64,000 bases of DNA from Deferrisomatales bacterium (GCA_033551855.1 JAWSUI010000015.1:1-64000); one strand, 5' to 3'; positions 47,247 to 58,926 are shown, counted from the stretch's first letter. The notes: a model not told the origin generated them from the sequence alone. Made by a program: numbers and translations.

Positions 47247-49130
47247 GTGAGAGAGCCGCCCCGGAGAGGGCCGAGGATTCCGAGCTGGCGGGTGATGGTC
47301 TGGTTCGTGGCCGTCTGGGTGCTGATGAGCTACTTCCTCCAGACCGCCCGTACGCCGGACCGCCTGGAGCTCTCCTACACCGACTTCCTCTCCCATCTGG
47401 AGGAGGATCGTGTCGCAGAGATCACGATCCGCGAAGACCGGATCACGGGCACCTTTCGCGATCCGGTCTCCCCCGAGCCCGAGTCCGAGGTCGAGACGCC
47501 GGCCGAACCCCGGGAGCACACCCGTTTCGTCACCGTCATCCCCTCCTTCGGCGATCCGGACCTGTTGGGGAGCCTGCGGGAGAAGGGTGTGACCGTCCGG
47601 GCCGAGAGCTCGGCGAGCCCCTGGTACGTGGCCCTGCTGGTAAGCTTCCTCCCCTGGGTCCTCCTGATCGGGATCTTCGTCTACATGAGCCGGAAGGCCA
47701 GGGAACGCATGGGCGGCATGATGGGCGGGCAGAACCCGTTCTCCTTCGGAAAGTCCAAGGCCCGTCTCTACGAGAGGTCCGAGAGCAAGACCACCTTCGA
47801 GGACGTCGCCGGCCTGGCCAACGCGAAACGGGAGCTCACCGAGGTGGTGGAGTTCCTCAAGGAGCCCAAACGCTTTCGCTCCCTGGGGGCCGAGCTCCCC
47901 AACGGCATCCTGCTGGTGGGGCCGCCCGGGACCGGCAAGACCCTCATGGCCCGGGCTGTGGCGGGAGAGGCCGGTGTTCCCTTCCTGAGCATCAGCGGCT
48001 CCGAGTTCATCGAGATGTTCGTGGGGGTGGGGGCGTCGCGGGTGCGGGACATGTTCCAGAAGGCGAAGAAGGAGGCTCCGTCCATCGTGTTCATCGACGA
48101 GGTCGACTCCATCGGGCGGGTTCGGGGCACGGGGCTGGGGGGCGGCCACGACGAGCGGGAGCAGACCCTGAACCAGATCCTCGCGGAGATGGACGGGTTC
48201 GAGCCCCACGAATCCGTCGTGGTGCTGGCCGCGACCAACCGCCCCGACGTGCTGGACCCGGCGCTGATCCGGCCCGGGCGCTTCGATCGTCGGGTAGCCG
48301 TGGAGATGCCCCAGCGCGACGCCCGCCGGGAGATCCTCGAGATCCACACCCGGGGGGTTCCCCTGGCCGAGGGCGTGGACCTCGACGCCCTGGCCGCGCG
48401 CACCGTCGGCTTCTCCGGTGCGGACCTGAAGAACCTGGCGAACGAGGCCTCCCTGCTGGCGGCCCGAAAGAAGAAGGAGGTCGTGGACGCCGAGGACTTC
48501 GCCGAAGCCGTCGACAAGATCCGCATGGGGGTGGAGCGGGAGGACCTCCTGAACGAGGAGGAGCGAAGGATCGTCGCCTACCACGAAGCCGGCCACGCCC
48601 TGGTGGCGCGGCTTCTCCCCGGCACCGATCCGGTGGAGAAGGTCACCATCGTCCCTCGGGGGCGCTCCCTCGGGCTCACCGAGCAGGTGCCGGAAGAGGA
48701 CCGCCACAACCTCAAGCGCTCCTATCTGCAGAACCGCCTCGCCGTCTTGCTGGGAGGACGGGTCGCGGAGCTGCTGGTCTTCGAGGAGCTTACCTCCGGC
48801 GCCGAAAACGATCTCGAGAACGCCACCGAGCTGGCCCGGCGCATGATCTGCCGCTGGGGCATGAGCGAGAAGCTGGGCGCCGTGAGCTACCGGCAGGGAG
48901 AGCACCACCCCTTCCTGGGTCGCGAGCTCGCCCAGGCCAAGGACTTCAGTGAGCACACGGCGCGCCTCATCGACGAAGAGGTGCACCGCACGGTCCAGGA
49001 GATGGAGGACAAGGCCGAAGATCTTCTCCGGTCGCAGCGGGACAAGCTCGATCTCCTCGCCCGGGCGCTGCTCGAGCAGGAGAGCCTTTCCCGGGACGAG
49101 CTCGACCGTCTCCTGGGGGAGGGCGGGTGA
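47247..49130 (+). CDS. ftsH: ATP-dependent zinc metalloprotease FtsH
   Basis: Two TMs, [26 protein letters not shown]. Confidence 0.96.
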   Translation: MREPPRRGPRIPSWRVMVWFVAVWVLMSYFLQTARTPDRLELSYTDFLSHLEEDRVAEITIREDRITGTFRDPVSPEPESEVETPAEPREHTRFVTVIPSFGDPDLLGSLREKGVTVRAESSASPWYVALLVSFLPWVLLIGIFVYMSRKARERMGGMMGGQNPFSFGKSKARLYERSESKTTFEDVAGLANAKRELTEVVEFLKEPKRFRSLGAELPNGILLVGPPGTGKTLMARAVAGEAGVPFLSISGSEFIEMFVGVGASRVRDMFQKAKKEAPSIVFIDEVDSIGRVRGTGLGGGHDEREQTLNQILAEMDGFEPHESVVVLAATNRPDVLDPALIRPGRFDRRVAVEMPQRDARREILEIHTRGVPLAEGVDLDALAARTVGFSGADLKNLANEASLLAARKKKEVVDAEDFAEAVDKIRMGVEREDLLNEEERRIVAYHEAGHALVARLLPGTDPVEKVTIVPRGRSLGLTEQVPEEDRHNLKRSYLQNRLAVLLGGRVAELLVFEELTSGAENDLENATELARRMICRWGMSEKLGAVSYRQGEHHPFLGRELAQAKDFSEHTARLIDEEVHRTVQEMEDKAEDLLRSQRDKLDLLARALLEQESLSRDELDRLLGEGG

Positions 49131-49275
49131 GGCTCGCCGGATGGGGGGGAGGCCATCGGCCGGACCCGATCCCGGCTCGGCCGCCGGGCGCGGCACGGAA
49201 CGCCGGTGACCACCGGACTGCAGCGGCCTGACGGGAGCCGGGTTCGAGGCGGCAAGCGAAGGGGCGCAGGCAACG

Positions 49276-49450
49276 GTGCGGGGGCGCCTCCTCACCTTCG
49301 CCGTCGTCGGCGGAGGAGCGACGGGAGTGGAGTGCGCCGGGGAGCTGGCCGGGCTCCTCCGCGGGCCCATCGCCCGGGACTACCCCACGCTGCGCCCGCA
49401 CCGCGCCCGGATCACCCTCGTGGAAGCAGGTCCCACCCTCCTCCCCGGCA
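49276..49450 (+). pseudogene. Internal fragment of type II NADH dehydrogenase
   Basis: LTFAVVGGGATGVECAGEL...ITLVEAGPTLLPG with no N- or C-terminal part. Confidence 0.7.
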
Positions 49451-49533
49451 CCCGGAGCCGGGCAAGGATCTCCTGGGCCGCCGAGCAGGCGGCCGGCGCG
49501 TCGCTCCTCGCTTCAGTACGATTCGGCTTCTCC

Positions 49534-50901
49534 TCACGCCACCCAGACGGTCTTGATGTTCACGAACTCCCGAATGCCGAAGGCCGAGAGCTCCCGGCCG
49601 TAGCCGCTCCGCTTGATACCGCCGAAGGGGAGGCGGGGGTCGGAGCGCACGCTGGCGTTCACGAAACAGCAGCCCGCTTGGAGCTCCTCGGTGGCGAGGC
49701 TCTCCCCGATGGCCGGATCCCCGGTGAAGACCGCGGCGCCCAGGCCGAACGCGGTGTCGTTGGCCATCCGCACTGCGTCCCGGTCGTCCTTTGCCGACAG
49801 GATCGCGGCTACGGGGCCGAAGAGCTCCTCTTCGTAGGCGGGCATTCCGGACGCCACCTCGGTGAGCACGGTCGGCGGGTAGAAGAAACCGGGGCCGGCG
49901 GGAAGCTGGCCGCCCAGGAGGCAGCGGGCGCCCCGGTCCACGCTCTCGGCAACCTGGCGGTGGAGGCGCCGGCGAAGGTCTTCCCGGGCGAGGGGCCCGA
50001 CGTCGGTGTCTTCCCGGAGCGGGTCACCGGTGTGGGCTGCACCCATGCCCTCCACGACGCGCGCCTCGAACTCCGCCCGCAGGCATTCCACGACGATGAG
50101 CCGCTTGGCCGCGATACAGCTCTGGCCCGAATTGGTCAGGCGGCTTTCCACGCAGGTCCTCGCCGCGGCCTCCACGTCCGCGTCGGAGAGGACCACATAG
50201 GGATCGCTCCCGCCCAGTTCCAGGACGGTCTTCTTCAGAGCCTGACCGGCCTGGCGGGCCACTTCGCGGCCGGCGCGGACGCTGCCGGTGAGGGTGACGC
50301 CCTGGACCCGAGGGTCCTCGATCAACGCCCCCACCTGCTCCACGGGCACCAGGAGCGAGCGGAAGAGGCCCTTCGGAAACCCGGCCTGCCGGAAGAGCTG
50401 CTCCAGGGCAAGGGCGCACCCCGGCACGTTGGGGGCGTGCTTGAGAAGCGCCGCATTACCGGCCATCAGGTTCGGAGCCGCGAAGCGGAAGACCTGCCAG
50501 AAGGGAAAGTTCCAGGGCATGATCGCCAGGATGGACCCCAGGGGCTGAAAGCTCACGAAGCTGCGCGAGGCGTCGGTTGCCACCGCTTCGGGGGCAAGCT
50601 GGAGGGGGCCGCGCTCCGCAACGTACTCGCAGACCCAGGCGCACTTTTCCGCCTCGGCCCGCCCCGCGCGGACAGGTTTGCCCATCTCCTCGGCCATGAG
50701 CCGGGCATACTCGCCGGCCCGGGCCCGGAGGAGCCGGGCCGCTTCCCGCAGGCAGCGGCTGCGCTCCGGGAAGCCCGAACGGCGCCAACTCCGGAAGGCG
50801 TGCCCGGCCTCCCCGACGGCTCGTTCGAGCTCGGCGGGCGATGCCGCGGGGTACGAGCGGATGGGCCGGCCCGTGTTCGGGTTCACCGACGTGAAGGTCA
50901 A
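49534..50901 (-). CDS. NAD(P)-dependent succinate-semialdehyde dehydrogenase (Sad/GabD1 type)
   Basis: IMPWNFP, LTGS, LELGGSD, GQSCIAAKR, EELFGP, PFGGIKRSG; TTG start after AGGAGG. Confidence 0.9.
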   Translation of the reverse strand: MTFTSVNPNTGRPIRSYPAASPAELERAVGEAGHAFRSWRRSGFPERSRCLREAARLLRARAGEYARLMAEEMGKPVRAGRAEAEKCAWVCEYVAERGPLQLAPEAVATDASRSFVSFQPLGSILAIMPWNFPFWQVFRFAAPNLMAGNAALLKHAPNVPGCALALEQLFRQAGFPKGLFRSLLVPVEQVGALIEDPRVQGVTLTGSVRAGREVARQAGQALKKTVLELGGSDPYVVLSDADVEAAARTCVESRLTNSGQSCIAAKRLIVVECLRAEFEARVVEGMGAAHTGDPLREDTDVGPLAREDLRRRLHRQVAESVDRGARCLLGGQLPAGPGFFYPPTVLTEVASGMPAYEEELFGPVAAILSAKDDRDAVRMANDTAFGLGAAVFTGDPAIGESLATEELQAGCCFVNASVRSDPRLPFGGIKRSGYGRELSAFGIREFVNIKTVWVA

Positions 50902-51167
50902 GAGGCCCTCCTTCCCGTGTGTGACCGCTCCGGCAGGCCGTCCTTCGAGGGCCTGTTGGCACGACAGCGACAGTTGCGTCCGAGTCGGGCGCGGGGCCTT
51001 CCCGGAGAGCGGGCAGGCGGCCTTGGAACGCGATGCTCCGGGCGCACCGAAGGGCCGGAGGGCCGCCCCAAACCGCCTCGCGAGCTGCACTGCGCGCCGG
51101 GGTCTGGCCCGCCGGAGGGAAGGATTTACGCCGAACGCAGGCGGAGAGCCGATCGCTCGTTGTAGTA

Positions 51168-52097
51168 TTAGCCGCACAACTGCCGGAAGAGCGCCTCCGC
51201 GTCGTCCCTCCGGCAGAGCTCGGTGCCCGGGGTGGCCAGGGCCGCGGTGCCCGCGGCCACGCCGAAGCAGAAGGCCTCTTCCACGTCCTTGCCCCGGGAC
51301 AGGGCCAGCACCATGCCCGCCACGAAGCTGTCGCCGGCGCCCACGTCGCTTCGGATCTCGACCTCGGGCACGCGCACGCGCCGGTGGCCGCCCTCCCAGG
51401 TGAGGAGGGCTCCCTCGGAGCCCAAGCTCAGGGCCAGGACCCGGCAAGCTCCCTTCTCCACCAGGTCCCGGCTCGCCTCCCGGAGCGCTTCCTCGTCTTC
51501 GAGACGGCTCCCGGTCACGGCCTCGAGCTCGGTGCGATTGGGCTTGGCCAGGTAGACCCCCTCCTCCAGGGCGGCCGCAAGGCCGGCACCCGACGAGTCC
51601 ACCACCATGCGTGCCCCGCCCGTCCTGGCCACCCGGGAGACCCGGGCCCAGAAGTCCTCCGGGGCGCCGGGGGGGAGGCTGCCGCTTCCCACCAGGTAGT
51701 CCGGGACCGGGGCCCAGGCAGCCAAGAGGTCGAGACAGCGGCGCCACTCCTCTTCCCTCACCTCCGGGCCCGGCAGAACCAGGCGGTACTCCCGGCCCGA
51801 CCCGGCCTCCAGGACCACCAGACTTTCCCGAACTTCCCCCGAGATCGGCACCGGGTAGTGCTCCACACCCTCTTCGGTCAGCATCCGGCCGAGCGCCTCC
51901 CCCATGACTCCCCCCGAGTGGTAGACGGCGACCGCCTCCCCTCCCAGGTTTCGGACGGCCCGCGCCACATTGACGCCCCCGCCGCCCGGGTCTCGCCGGG
52001 GCATTCGGCACCGCAGCTTCTGGCGGGGGACCAGGCGGTCCACGGTCACGTACAGGTCCACGGCCGGGTTCGCCGTGACCGTGAGGATGGCCTTCAT
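51168..52097 (-). CDS. PfkB-family 1-/6-phosphofructokinase
   Basis: TANPAVD, GGGGVNVAR, KPNRTEL, VGAGDSF. Confidence 0.9.
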   Translation of the reverse strand: MKAILTVTANPAVDLYVTVDRLVPRQKLRCRMPRRDPGGGGVNVARAVRNLGGEAVAVYHSGGVMGEALGRMLTEEGVEHYPVPISGEVRESLVVLEAGSGREYRLVLPGPEVREEEWRRCLDLLAAWAPVPDYLVGSGSLPPGAPEDFWARVSRVARTGGARMVVDSSGAGLAAALEEGVYLAKPNRTELEAVTGSRLEDEEALREASRDLVEKGACRVLALSLGSEGALLTWEGGHRRVRVPEVEIRSDVGAGDSFVAGMVLALSRGKDVEEAFCFGVAAGTAALATPGTELCRRDDAEALFRQLCG

Positions 52098-52173
52098 GTG
52101 CCCGTCCCCGTCGCCGGGCGAACGAGGCCGGTGCACGAGGCCGCATCCCTCTGTCCCCCCGTGCCCACCAGGC

Positions 52174-52875
52174 TCACGTCTCTCCCTCACCCAGGTAGCG
52201 GCTCTCCCGGGGTCTCAGGTCCTCTCCGAGCTCGTACACGAGAGGGACTCCGGTGGGGATCTCCACGCCGGGGATCTCCTCGTCGGAGACCCCGTCCAGG
52301 TGCTTGATCAAGGCGCGCAGGCTGTTGCCGTGGGCCGCGACCAGGACGGCCTCCCCCCTGCGAAGCACCGGCTCCACGGTCGCCCGCCAGTAGGGAAGGA
52401 CCCGCCGGACGGTGTCCTCCAGGCTCTCGGTCCGCGGCAGCTCCCAGGGCTCCAGAGATGCGTAACGGGGGTCCTTGCCGGGGAACCGCTCGTCGGTGGG
52501 GTCGAGGGCCGGAGGTCGCACGTCGTAGCTGCGGCGCCAGGTGAACACCTGCTCCTCACCCACCCGCTCGGCCATCTCTTTCTTGTTCAGCCCCTGGAGC
52601 GCGCCGTAGTGGCGCTCATTGAGCCTCCAGCTCTTGTGGACCGGCAGCCACAGGCGGTCCAGCTCATCGAGAGCCGCCCAGAGGGTCCGTATGGCGCGCT
52701 TGAGAAGCGAGGTGAAGCAGACCGTCACCTCGATGTCCGCACTCCGGAGGCGCCGGCCGGCCTCCCGCGCCTCTTCGAGGCCCTTCTCCGTGAGGTCCAC
52801 GTCGGTCCACCCGGTGAACCGGTTATCCCGGTTCCAGGTGCTCTCCCCGTGGCGCAGCAGGATCAGTGTGGGCAC
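52174..52875 (-). CDS. gpmA: 2,3-bisphosphoglycerate-dependent phosphoglycerate mutase
   Basis: [26 protein letters not shown]. Confidence 0.95.
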   Translation of the reverse strand: MPTLILLRHGESTWNRDNRFTGWTDVDLTEKGLEEAREAGRRLRSADIEVTVCFTSLLKRAIRTLWAALDELDRLWLPVHKSWRLNERHYGALQGLNKKEMAERVGEEQVFTWRRSYDVRPPALDPTDERFPGKDPRYASLEPWELPRTESLEDTVRRVLPYWRATVEPVLRRGEAVLVAAHGNSLRALIKHLDGVSDEEIPGVEIPTGVPLVYELGEDLRPRESRYLGEGET

Positions 52876-52984
52876 GTCCCCAGCCCCCTTCCCGCAAGTC
52901 ACTGGAACGATACGGTCTTTCCGAAAGTGTCAGGGGGGCCCCGTTCTCTCCTGCAGGCGCTGCCGGGCTATCCTGCTCTCCCCC

Positions 52985-53284
52985 CTACGGCACCGCCTGG
53001 AGCCGTGTCCCCTCCGACGCCAGGACCTCGTCGACCTCTCTCTCGGCCTCCAGCCAGTCCTGTTCCGGGCTGCCCCCGCGAAATCCCCGCCGCTCGGCCC
53101 TGAGGTAGGCCGCCCGGCGAACCATCTCCAACCGGTCCACGGCGTGCTCCCCTCCGGTGGCGGCCGCCAGCGCCTCGCCGCTGCCGGCCCCGGGCTCGGT
53201 CGTCACCCGCGCCCGGCGCGTCCGAGGGGTCTTTGCCGGAGTCTGGACCGGGTCCTTCTTTCCCTTCGTCCTGGCCTGGGCCAT
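52985..53284 (-). CDS. DUF2934-domain small protein
   Basis: RRAAYLRAERRG...DWLEAERE. Confidence 0.8.
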   Translation of the reverse strand: MAQARTKGKKDPVQTPAKTPRTRRARVTTEPGAGSGEALAAATGGEHAVDRLEMVRRAAYLRAERRGFRGGSPEQDWLEAEREVDEVLASEGTRLQAVP

Positions 53285-53676
53285 GTGCGTCGTCTCCCCT
53301 AAAAGGGTGAATTGGTCGGCGGACGAGAGCCGAAGCGGGTTTGCGCGGAGCTCTCCTTCCCGGCCTCTTGCCCGGGGTCGGCCTCCCGTCCGACCGTCAC
53401 TATACCCGAGTTTCCACGACCCGCCGAGCCCCACCGGGACGGAATTGGACGACCGGCCACTCCAATTATCCGAAGGGATCATGCCATCCTCGAAGGACGC
53501 CCCCTAGCACCTCCGCCGGCCGGGCGTTGTCCATCCGGACATGCGGATAAATCCGGTAACCGAAAGGTTCAAACCCGAGGGGACCGCTTGACGCGCCCCC
53601 TCCCTGAAGAAAGGCTGTTTGCGAGGGACCCGTTCGCAAAGAGGCGTCCGGTTTCCCCTCGTACAGAGGAGGGGCC

Positions 53677-54390
53677 ATGCCCGCGGAACAATACGTCTGC
53701 CTGGTCTGCGGCTACAACATGGTGGGGGCCCGCCCCCCGCAGTGCCCGTTCTGCGGGGCCGCCTCGGACCGCTTCATCTCCGGCGAGGAGTGCTCCGCCC
53801 GATACCGGGTGGTGGAGACCCCGGTGGCCGACGGCGTCTTCCAGCTTCGCTCGACTCCGGAGCTGGGGTTGGAACACGCAGCCTACAGGGTGGAGACGGG
53901 CTCCCGCACCTGGTGGATCGACTGCCCTTCGAGCTTCGACCGACGCCTGCCTCGCGCCGACGTGATCACCTTCACCCACCACCACTTCCTCGGCGCTTCG
54001 AATCGGTACCGGGAGCTCTTCGCGTGCGAGGTCTGGATCCATCAACTCGACTCCGGCCACGACTTGTGCCGAGGGTTCCCCTTCGACCGCCGGTTCGCCC
54101 CCGACTTCGTCGAGGACGGGGTCGAGGCCATCCACCGCAACGGCCACACCCCGGGCTTCACCTTCTACGCCTTCGAGGGCGTGCTCTTCGCGTGCGACTA
54201 CGTCTTCCTCGAGGAGGGGCGGATGAAGCTCAACCCCTTCGGCCCCGCCGACGCGACGCTTCAAGGAGCCCGCCGTCTGCTCGCGGCGCTGCGCGGCCGG
54301 AAGCTCCACACGGTTTGCAGCTACCGTTCCGTGACCCCCTTCGAGCCGTGGAGCCGCCAACTGGAGGCGCTGTTGGAAGAGAAGCCCTGA
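53677..54390 (+). CDS. Rubredoxin-like domain fused to metallo-beta-lactamase-fold domain
   Basis: YVCLVCGY..CPFCGA; FTHHHFLG, GHTPG, CDY. Confidence 0.75.
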   Translation: MPAEQYVCLVCGYNMVGARPPQCPFCGAASDRFISGEECSARYRVVETPVADGVFQLRSTPELGLEHAAYRVETGSRTWWIDCPSSFDRRLPRADVITFTHHHFLGASNRYRELFACEVWIHQLDSGHDLCRGFPFDRRFAPDFVEDGVEAIHRNGHTPGFTFYAFEGVLFACDYVFLEEGRMKLNPFGPADATLQGARRLLAALRGRKLHTVCSYRSVTPFEPWSRQLEALLEEKP

Positions 54391-54422
54391 CCGAATCGGG
54401 GCGCGGCCGCCCCGGCAGGCGC

Positions 54423-54938
54423 TCACGCGAGTGACTCGATCAGTGTGCGGCAGAAAGCGGGCAGGTCGTCGGGCGTGCGGGAAGTGATCAGGTTTCCATC
54501 CCGCACGACCTCCCGATCCAGCCACTCGGCCCCGGCGTGCACGAGGTCGTCCTTGATGGAGAAGAAGCCCGTCACCTTGCGGCCCTTCACGATCTCGGCC
54601 GACGCGAGCATCCAGCCGGCGTGGCAGATGGCCGCTACCACCTTGCCCTCGTCGTGCATCTCCCGAACGAAGTCGACCATGGCAGGCACGCGGCGCATGT
54701 GGTCCGGGGCGTAGCCGCCTGGGATGACCAGGGCATCGAAGTGCTCGGCCCTGGCGTCGCCCACGGCGATGTCGGCCCTGGCCGGCGCTCCGTGCTTGCT
54801 CGCGTAGGAGTCGGCACGTGGGGCGACCACGGTCACCTCGGCTCCTTCCTCCCGGAGGCGCCGGTAAGGGTACCAGAACTCCTGGTCCTCATAGAGATTC
54901 TCCAGGAAGAGGGCAATCTTCCTTCCTTTGAGCCGCAT
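54423..54938 (-). CDS. PfpI/DJ-1 family protein
   Basis: YEDQE, IPGGYAPD, AICHAG, ITSRTPDD. Confidence 0.92.
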   Translation of the reverse strand: MRLKGRKIALFLENLYEDQEFWYPYRRLREEGAEVTVVAPRADSYASKHGAPARADIAVGDARAEHFDALVIPGGYAPDHMRRVPAMVDFVREMHDEGKVVAAICHAGWMLASAEIVKGRKVTGFFSIKDDLVHAGAEWLDREVVRDGNLITSRTPDDLPAFCRTLIESLA

Positions 54939-55488
54939 GTTCGATCCTCCTTCCCGGGAGCCGGGCCGGGCGGGCACAGGTCTCTGCCCTGCCCGCCCGG
55001 AACCACGGTCCTCATCGACGTGTCACTGCCGGCCAGCCGTCCGCTCCTCCCCCCCGGAGGATCCCCCGGGTCGGGAGGTCCGGAGGGGGCGGGCGGGAGC
55101 CCTCGACCGGGTCCCCACCGAGACCGGCGCCGCGAGGGCGACCCCCGGGCGTCGGTCGTGGACCTGGAGATGACCCGGGTGGTGGACGGGACCCTCTTCC
55201 GGTGCTGAGCCGATACGACAACGAGTGGGGTTGTGCCAGCCAGGTGGTGCGGGCAGCCGTGCGGGTGCCGGGGGAGCGGTTCGGACCCCTCTGACCCCGT
55301 CCTGCCTGGTCCCCGACCCGGAGGCAAACCGCTCTCCCGCTTTACCCTCGGACCTTCGGCCTTCCCGGACCCCGGCCTCAGCGTCAAACAGAACAGCCCG
55401 GCCGATTTGGTCGACCTCCTCCCCGCGGCCGGGCCGTACCGTCTCCCGGAGGCTTCTCCGCAGCCTGCGGACGGCACCCGCCCATCTC

Positions 55489-55779
55489 CTAGCGCTTGAA
55501 GCGGGCTGAGGCGGAACGCACCGCTTCGCCCAGTTTCTCCATGGCCCCTTCGACGCCTGCCTTGAAGTCCTCCCAGGCGCCCTTCCCGGCTGTTTGAAGC
55601 TCCTTCAGGCGGGCCTCCGCCTCCTTCTGCTTCTTGCGAAGGTCTTCGATCTTCTCCTTATAGGCGATCTGTGCATCCGCCTCGGCCTGGTCTGCCTTGG
55701 CCTTCAACTCATCGATCTGTGCGCTCCATTCGTCCATCTTCGCCTTGAGCTTCTGAACATAGGCATCTTTCTTCTCCAT
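55489..55779 (-). CDS. Small coiled-coil protein
   Basis: MEKKDAYVQKLKAKMDEW...AWEDFKAGVEGA. Confidence 0.8.
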   Translation of the reverse strand: MEKKDAYVQKLKAKMDEWSAQIDELKAKADQAEADAQIAYKEKIEDLRKKQKEAEARLKELQTAGKGAWEDFKAGVEGAMEKLGEAVRSASARFKR

Positions 55780-56021
55780 GGGATACCCCTTTCTCACGAT
55801 GTCGGGGCTACGGAATACCGCAGCTCCCCTGGGACGCTACCGGCATCACTCTTGGAAAGCTGGCACTTTGAGCCACAGGCCATACAGACAACGGCCGGCA
55901 TAGATCCAACATCCGCATTGTATGGCCTGAAAAACGGAAGGCAAGGAACCGAGCGGATAATAAGGATATCCGAGAGTCCACACCGTGCCCAATGCGGCGA
56001 CCGGCTGTCCGGGGGGCAGCC

Positions 56022-56201
56022 TCACACCTCTTCCCTCGTGACCCTTCCCGCGCTCTCCCGCACGGCCTGCACGTCTCTCTCGGTAAAGACGGTCTCGAAT
56101 CCGCAACCGGGGCACTCCATCACCCGGCCCGGCAGGATGTCGGCCAGCGGCCACGCGAACTTGGCCTTGCAGCGGGGACACTCGATGTCGATGTGGACCA
56201 T
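56022..56201 (-). CDS. Small zinc-ribbon protein
   Basis: CPRC and CPGC pairs in 59 aa; GGAGG RBS. Confidence 0.6.
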   Translation of the reverse strand: MVHIDIECPRCKAKFAWPLADILPGRVMECPGCGFETVFTERDVQAVRESAGRVTREEV

Positions 56202-56401
56202 GGGTCGTCCCTCCGGGAAGTGCCGGGAAGAGAGTCCCTCTCTCCCCGGGGAGTGGGGCACCGCTCTCCTCCTCCCCCGTCACCCGGTCCCCCGGCGGTG
56301 CTGCACACCCGTCCGACGAGCGGCGTGGGCGAGGCGCCCGCCGAGCTCCTCGAGGCCGGGGCGGGAAACGGGGAGCGGCCGGAAACGGTCGGCCCTCGCG
56401 G

Positions 56402-56956
56402 TCAGGCGGTTCGCGGCGGTACCACGAGGCCCAACCCCAGGGCCCGGATCGCGGCCTCGGTGCGGTTGCTCACCCCGAGCTTCTCGTTCACCTGCATGAG
56501 GTCGTGCTTGACGGTCTGCTCCGAGACGAAGAGGCGCTCGGCCAACTCAGCGTTGGTGCAGCCCTCGCAAAGCCCCTGGAGAAGCTCCCGCTCGCGTTGG
56601 GAGATCCGGCCGAGCATGCGCGTGCGGTCACCCTGGAGCTTGCGGTCCACCAGGTGGGGAGACTGGACGGCCTCGCCCGGCTCACTCTGTGCTGTCTTCC
56701 CGGTAGATCGATCGGGTGAGCACCTTGCTCCCCGGAGCCCGGTCGTCAACGAGCCGGGTCGCATCCACGCCGTCCAGGTCCGGCATGGCCAGATCCATCA
56801 GGACGACATCGGGGCGGTGCTCCATGGACAAGAGCACCGCCTCCCTCCCCCTGTGGCACACCCGACGATCTCTATTTCCGGGTCAGAGGCCAGCACCCGT
56901 TCGAAGCACTGGCGGATCAAGCGCGGATCGTCTGCCACGAGCACCCGAACGGGCAT
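56402..56956 (-). pseudogene. NarL/LuxR response regulator, frameshifted with internal deletion
   Basis: [21 protein letters not shown] and ISQRERELL..LFVSEQTVK HTH are not in one continuous frame. Confidence 0.75.
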
Positions 56957-57291
56957 GCGCAGGCCTCCTCTCCGAGACACGAGATTCCCCGGCAAGGTAG
57001 CCCATTCCGCAGCTTCGTCAACCGGCTTCGAGGGCGGCGGCGAGACTTCTGGGAGCGACAGCGCGGTGATTCCTGCCGGAAGATCCGACCCGGTCCTTGC
57101 TCCAGCACCACTCACTACCTGCCTCCGGTGCACCGGACCCCGCCGCCCGGTCCAGCACCTGACCGAGCAACTCCTCCCGCTCCCACAATGGGGAGGTCCG
57201 GAGCATCCGGGCCTCTTTACCGGGAGAGCTCCTTCAGGATCCTGCCGAGCTTCGACTGGTGCAGGCGGCTACTTGGAAGCGGTGGGGGTCC

Positions 57292-57644
57292 TCAGTTCCT
57301 GATTCGCCGCAGGGCCTCGAACGAGCGGAGGAAGATGTCGGTTCCGATGCCCCAGGCACCGTTGATCAGGAAGGCGGCCACCCAGCACCCCCCTCCGCAC
57401 GGAAAGCGGCGGTCCAGCACGGCGTACGCGCACCCCCACACGCCGCCCCAGAAGGCGAGCGAGATCACCGCCGGCACCCCAAGGGCCGGGTCGCAGCCAT
57501 GAAAAAGGGCCCGAAGGGCGCGATCCCCGCACCCCAGAGCGACGCCAGGGTGAGCTGGTGGAAGACCAGCGTGGCCAGGAACCCCGCGAGGAATCCGAAG
57601 AGCCACCGGGAAGGCGACGCAACAGGGATGGCCGATCTCGGCAT
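57292..57644 (-). pseudogene. Membrane protein gene with frameshift
   Basis: GFLAGFLATLVFHQ..MAATRP shifts frame near 57480 into GVPAVISLAFWGGVWG. Confidence 0.6.
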
Positions 57645-57744
57645 GGGAACCCTCCTCGAAAGATGCCTCCGGAGGCGCTTTCCCCCCTCGGCACGGCCGG
57701 GGACCGGCGCACCGGAGAGCCCGGTGCCTCGGCCCCGAGCGGGG

Positions 57745-58926
57745 TCAGGCCTCCAGGACGCGCTTGACCTCCAGCAGGCGGGCCAGACCGGCCTTGGTGA
57801 GGATACCCACCAGCCGGTCGCCCTCCATCACGAGGAGCCGCCCGGTGCCCTGCGCCGCCATCTTCCGGAGCGCCTCCGCGAGCGAGACCTCCGGCGCCAC
57901 CCGGTCCCCGTCCCCGATCTCCACCATGAGCTGGCCGGCGGTGGTGCGTTCGCGCTCCGACTTGTCGAGGTGCTTCACGTTCCGCAGCGCCACGATGCCG
58001 GCCACGCGCTCCCCGTCCAGGACGGGAAAGCCCTTGTACCCGAAGTGGAGAAAGTAGCGGTCGACGAGCTCCGCCACCGTGACGTCGGGGCTCACGGTCA
58101 CGACGTCCTCCACCATCACGTCCCCCACCCGCACTCCCTCCAGGGACCGGCGCATCACCGTCTGCTGATACTCGCCCTCGGCGACGGTCCGCAGGAACAT
58201 CCCGATGAGGATGAACCACAGCCCGCCGACCAGGGCCCCGCCGAAGATCTGGAGCGCGCCGATCGCCATCAGGGCGTATGCGAATCCCTTGCCCACGTCC
58301 GACGCCCACCGGGTGGCCATGGTCAGGGAGCCTGTCTTCCACCACAGCGCCGAGCGCAGGATCCGGCCGCCGTCCAGAGGGAAGCCGGGGACCAGGTTGA
58401 AAACCCCCAACGCGAGGTTGATCCACGCGAGGTACCGGAGCACGGCCGCCGTCAGGGAAGGCTCGCCCTTCCACAGGGCCGTGATGCCCCAGAACAGCAG
58501 GGCCAGGGCGAAGCTGCACAGGGGCCCCACGACCGCCACCTTCATCTCGGTCTTCGGGTCCCTGGCATTCTCGGCGATCTGAGAGACCCCCCCGAACACG
58601 AACAAGGTGATCCCGGTCACGGGGATCCCGGCCCCTTGAGCCACGAAGGAGTGAGCCAGCTCGTGGGCCAGGACCGACGCGAAGAAGAGCACCGTGGCCA
58701 CGAGTCCGGCCAGCCAGTAGGAGCCGGGGCTCTGGTCCGGGTAGATGCGCGGCAGGTAACCGGCCGAGAGGCTCCAGAGGATGAGCACGAAGATGATCAT
58801 CCACGAGGAGTGGACACGGATACGGATTCCCCGGATGGCGAAGAGCTCGATTCCCGACTGCAGGCCTCCGGCCGGAAAGCGCTGCATCGGGGAACCGGAG
58901 CGGGAATCGCGCAGCGGCTGGCTCAT
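57745..58926 (-). CDS. Site-2 protease (M50) with tandem CBS domains
   Basis: HELAH, FNLVPGFPLDGG, C-terminal CBS pair. Confidence 0.93.
   Translation of the reverse strand: MSQPLRDSRSGSPMQRFPAGGLQSGIELFAIRGIRIRVHSSWMIIFVLILWSLSAGYLPRIYPDQSPGSYWLAGLVATVLFFASVLAHELAHSFVAQGAGIPVTGITLFVFGGVSQIAENARDPKTEMKVAVVGPLCSFALALLFWGITALWKGEPSLTAAVLRYLAWINLALGVFNLVPGFPLDGGRILRSALWWKTGSLTMATRWASDVGKGFAYALMAIGALQIFGGALVGGLWFILIGMFLRTVAEGEYQQTVMRRSLEGVRVGDVMVEDVVTVSPDVTVAELVDRYFLHFGYKGFPVLDGERVAGIVALRNVKHLDKSERERTTAGQLMVEIGDGDRVAPEVSLAEALRKMAAQGTGRLLVMEGDRLVGILTKAGLARLLEVKRVLEA

Noticed and set aside
53540..53660. GAAA-capped hairpins resembling a c-di-GMP riboswitch
   Set aside because: Conserved GEMM elements could not be placed in the right order
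55860..55876. TGGCAC as a sigma54 promoter
   Set aside because: No correctly spaced -12 GC element on either strand
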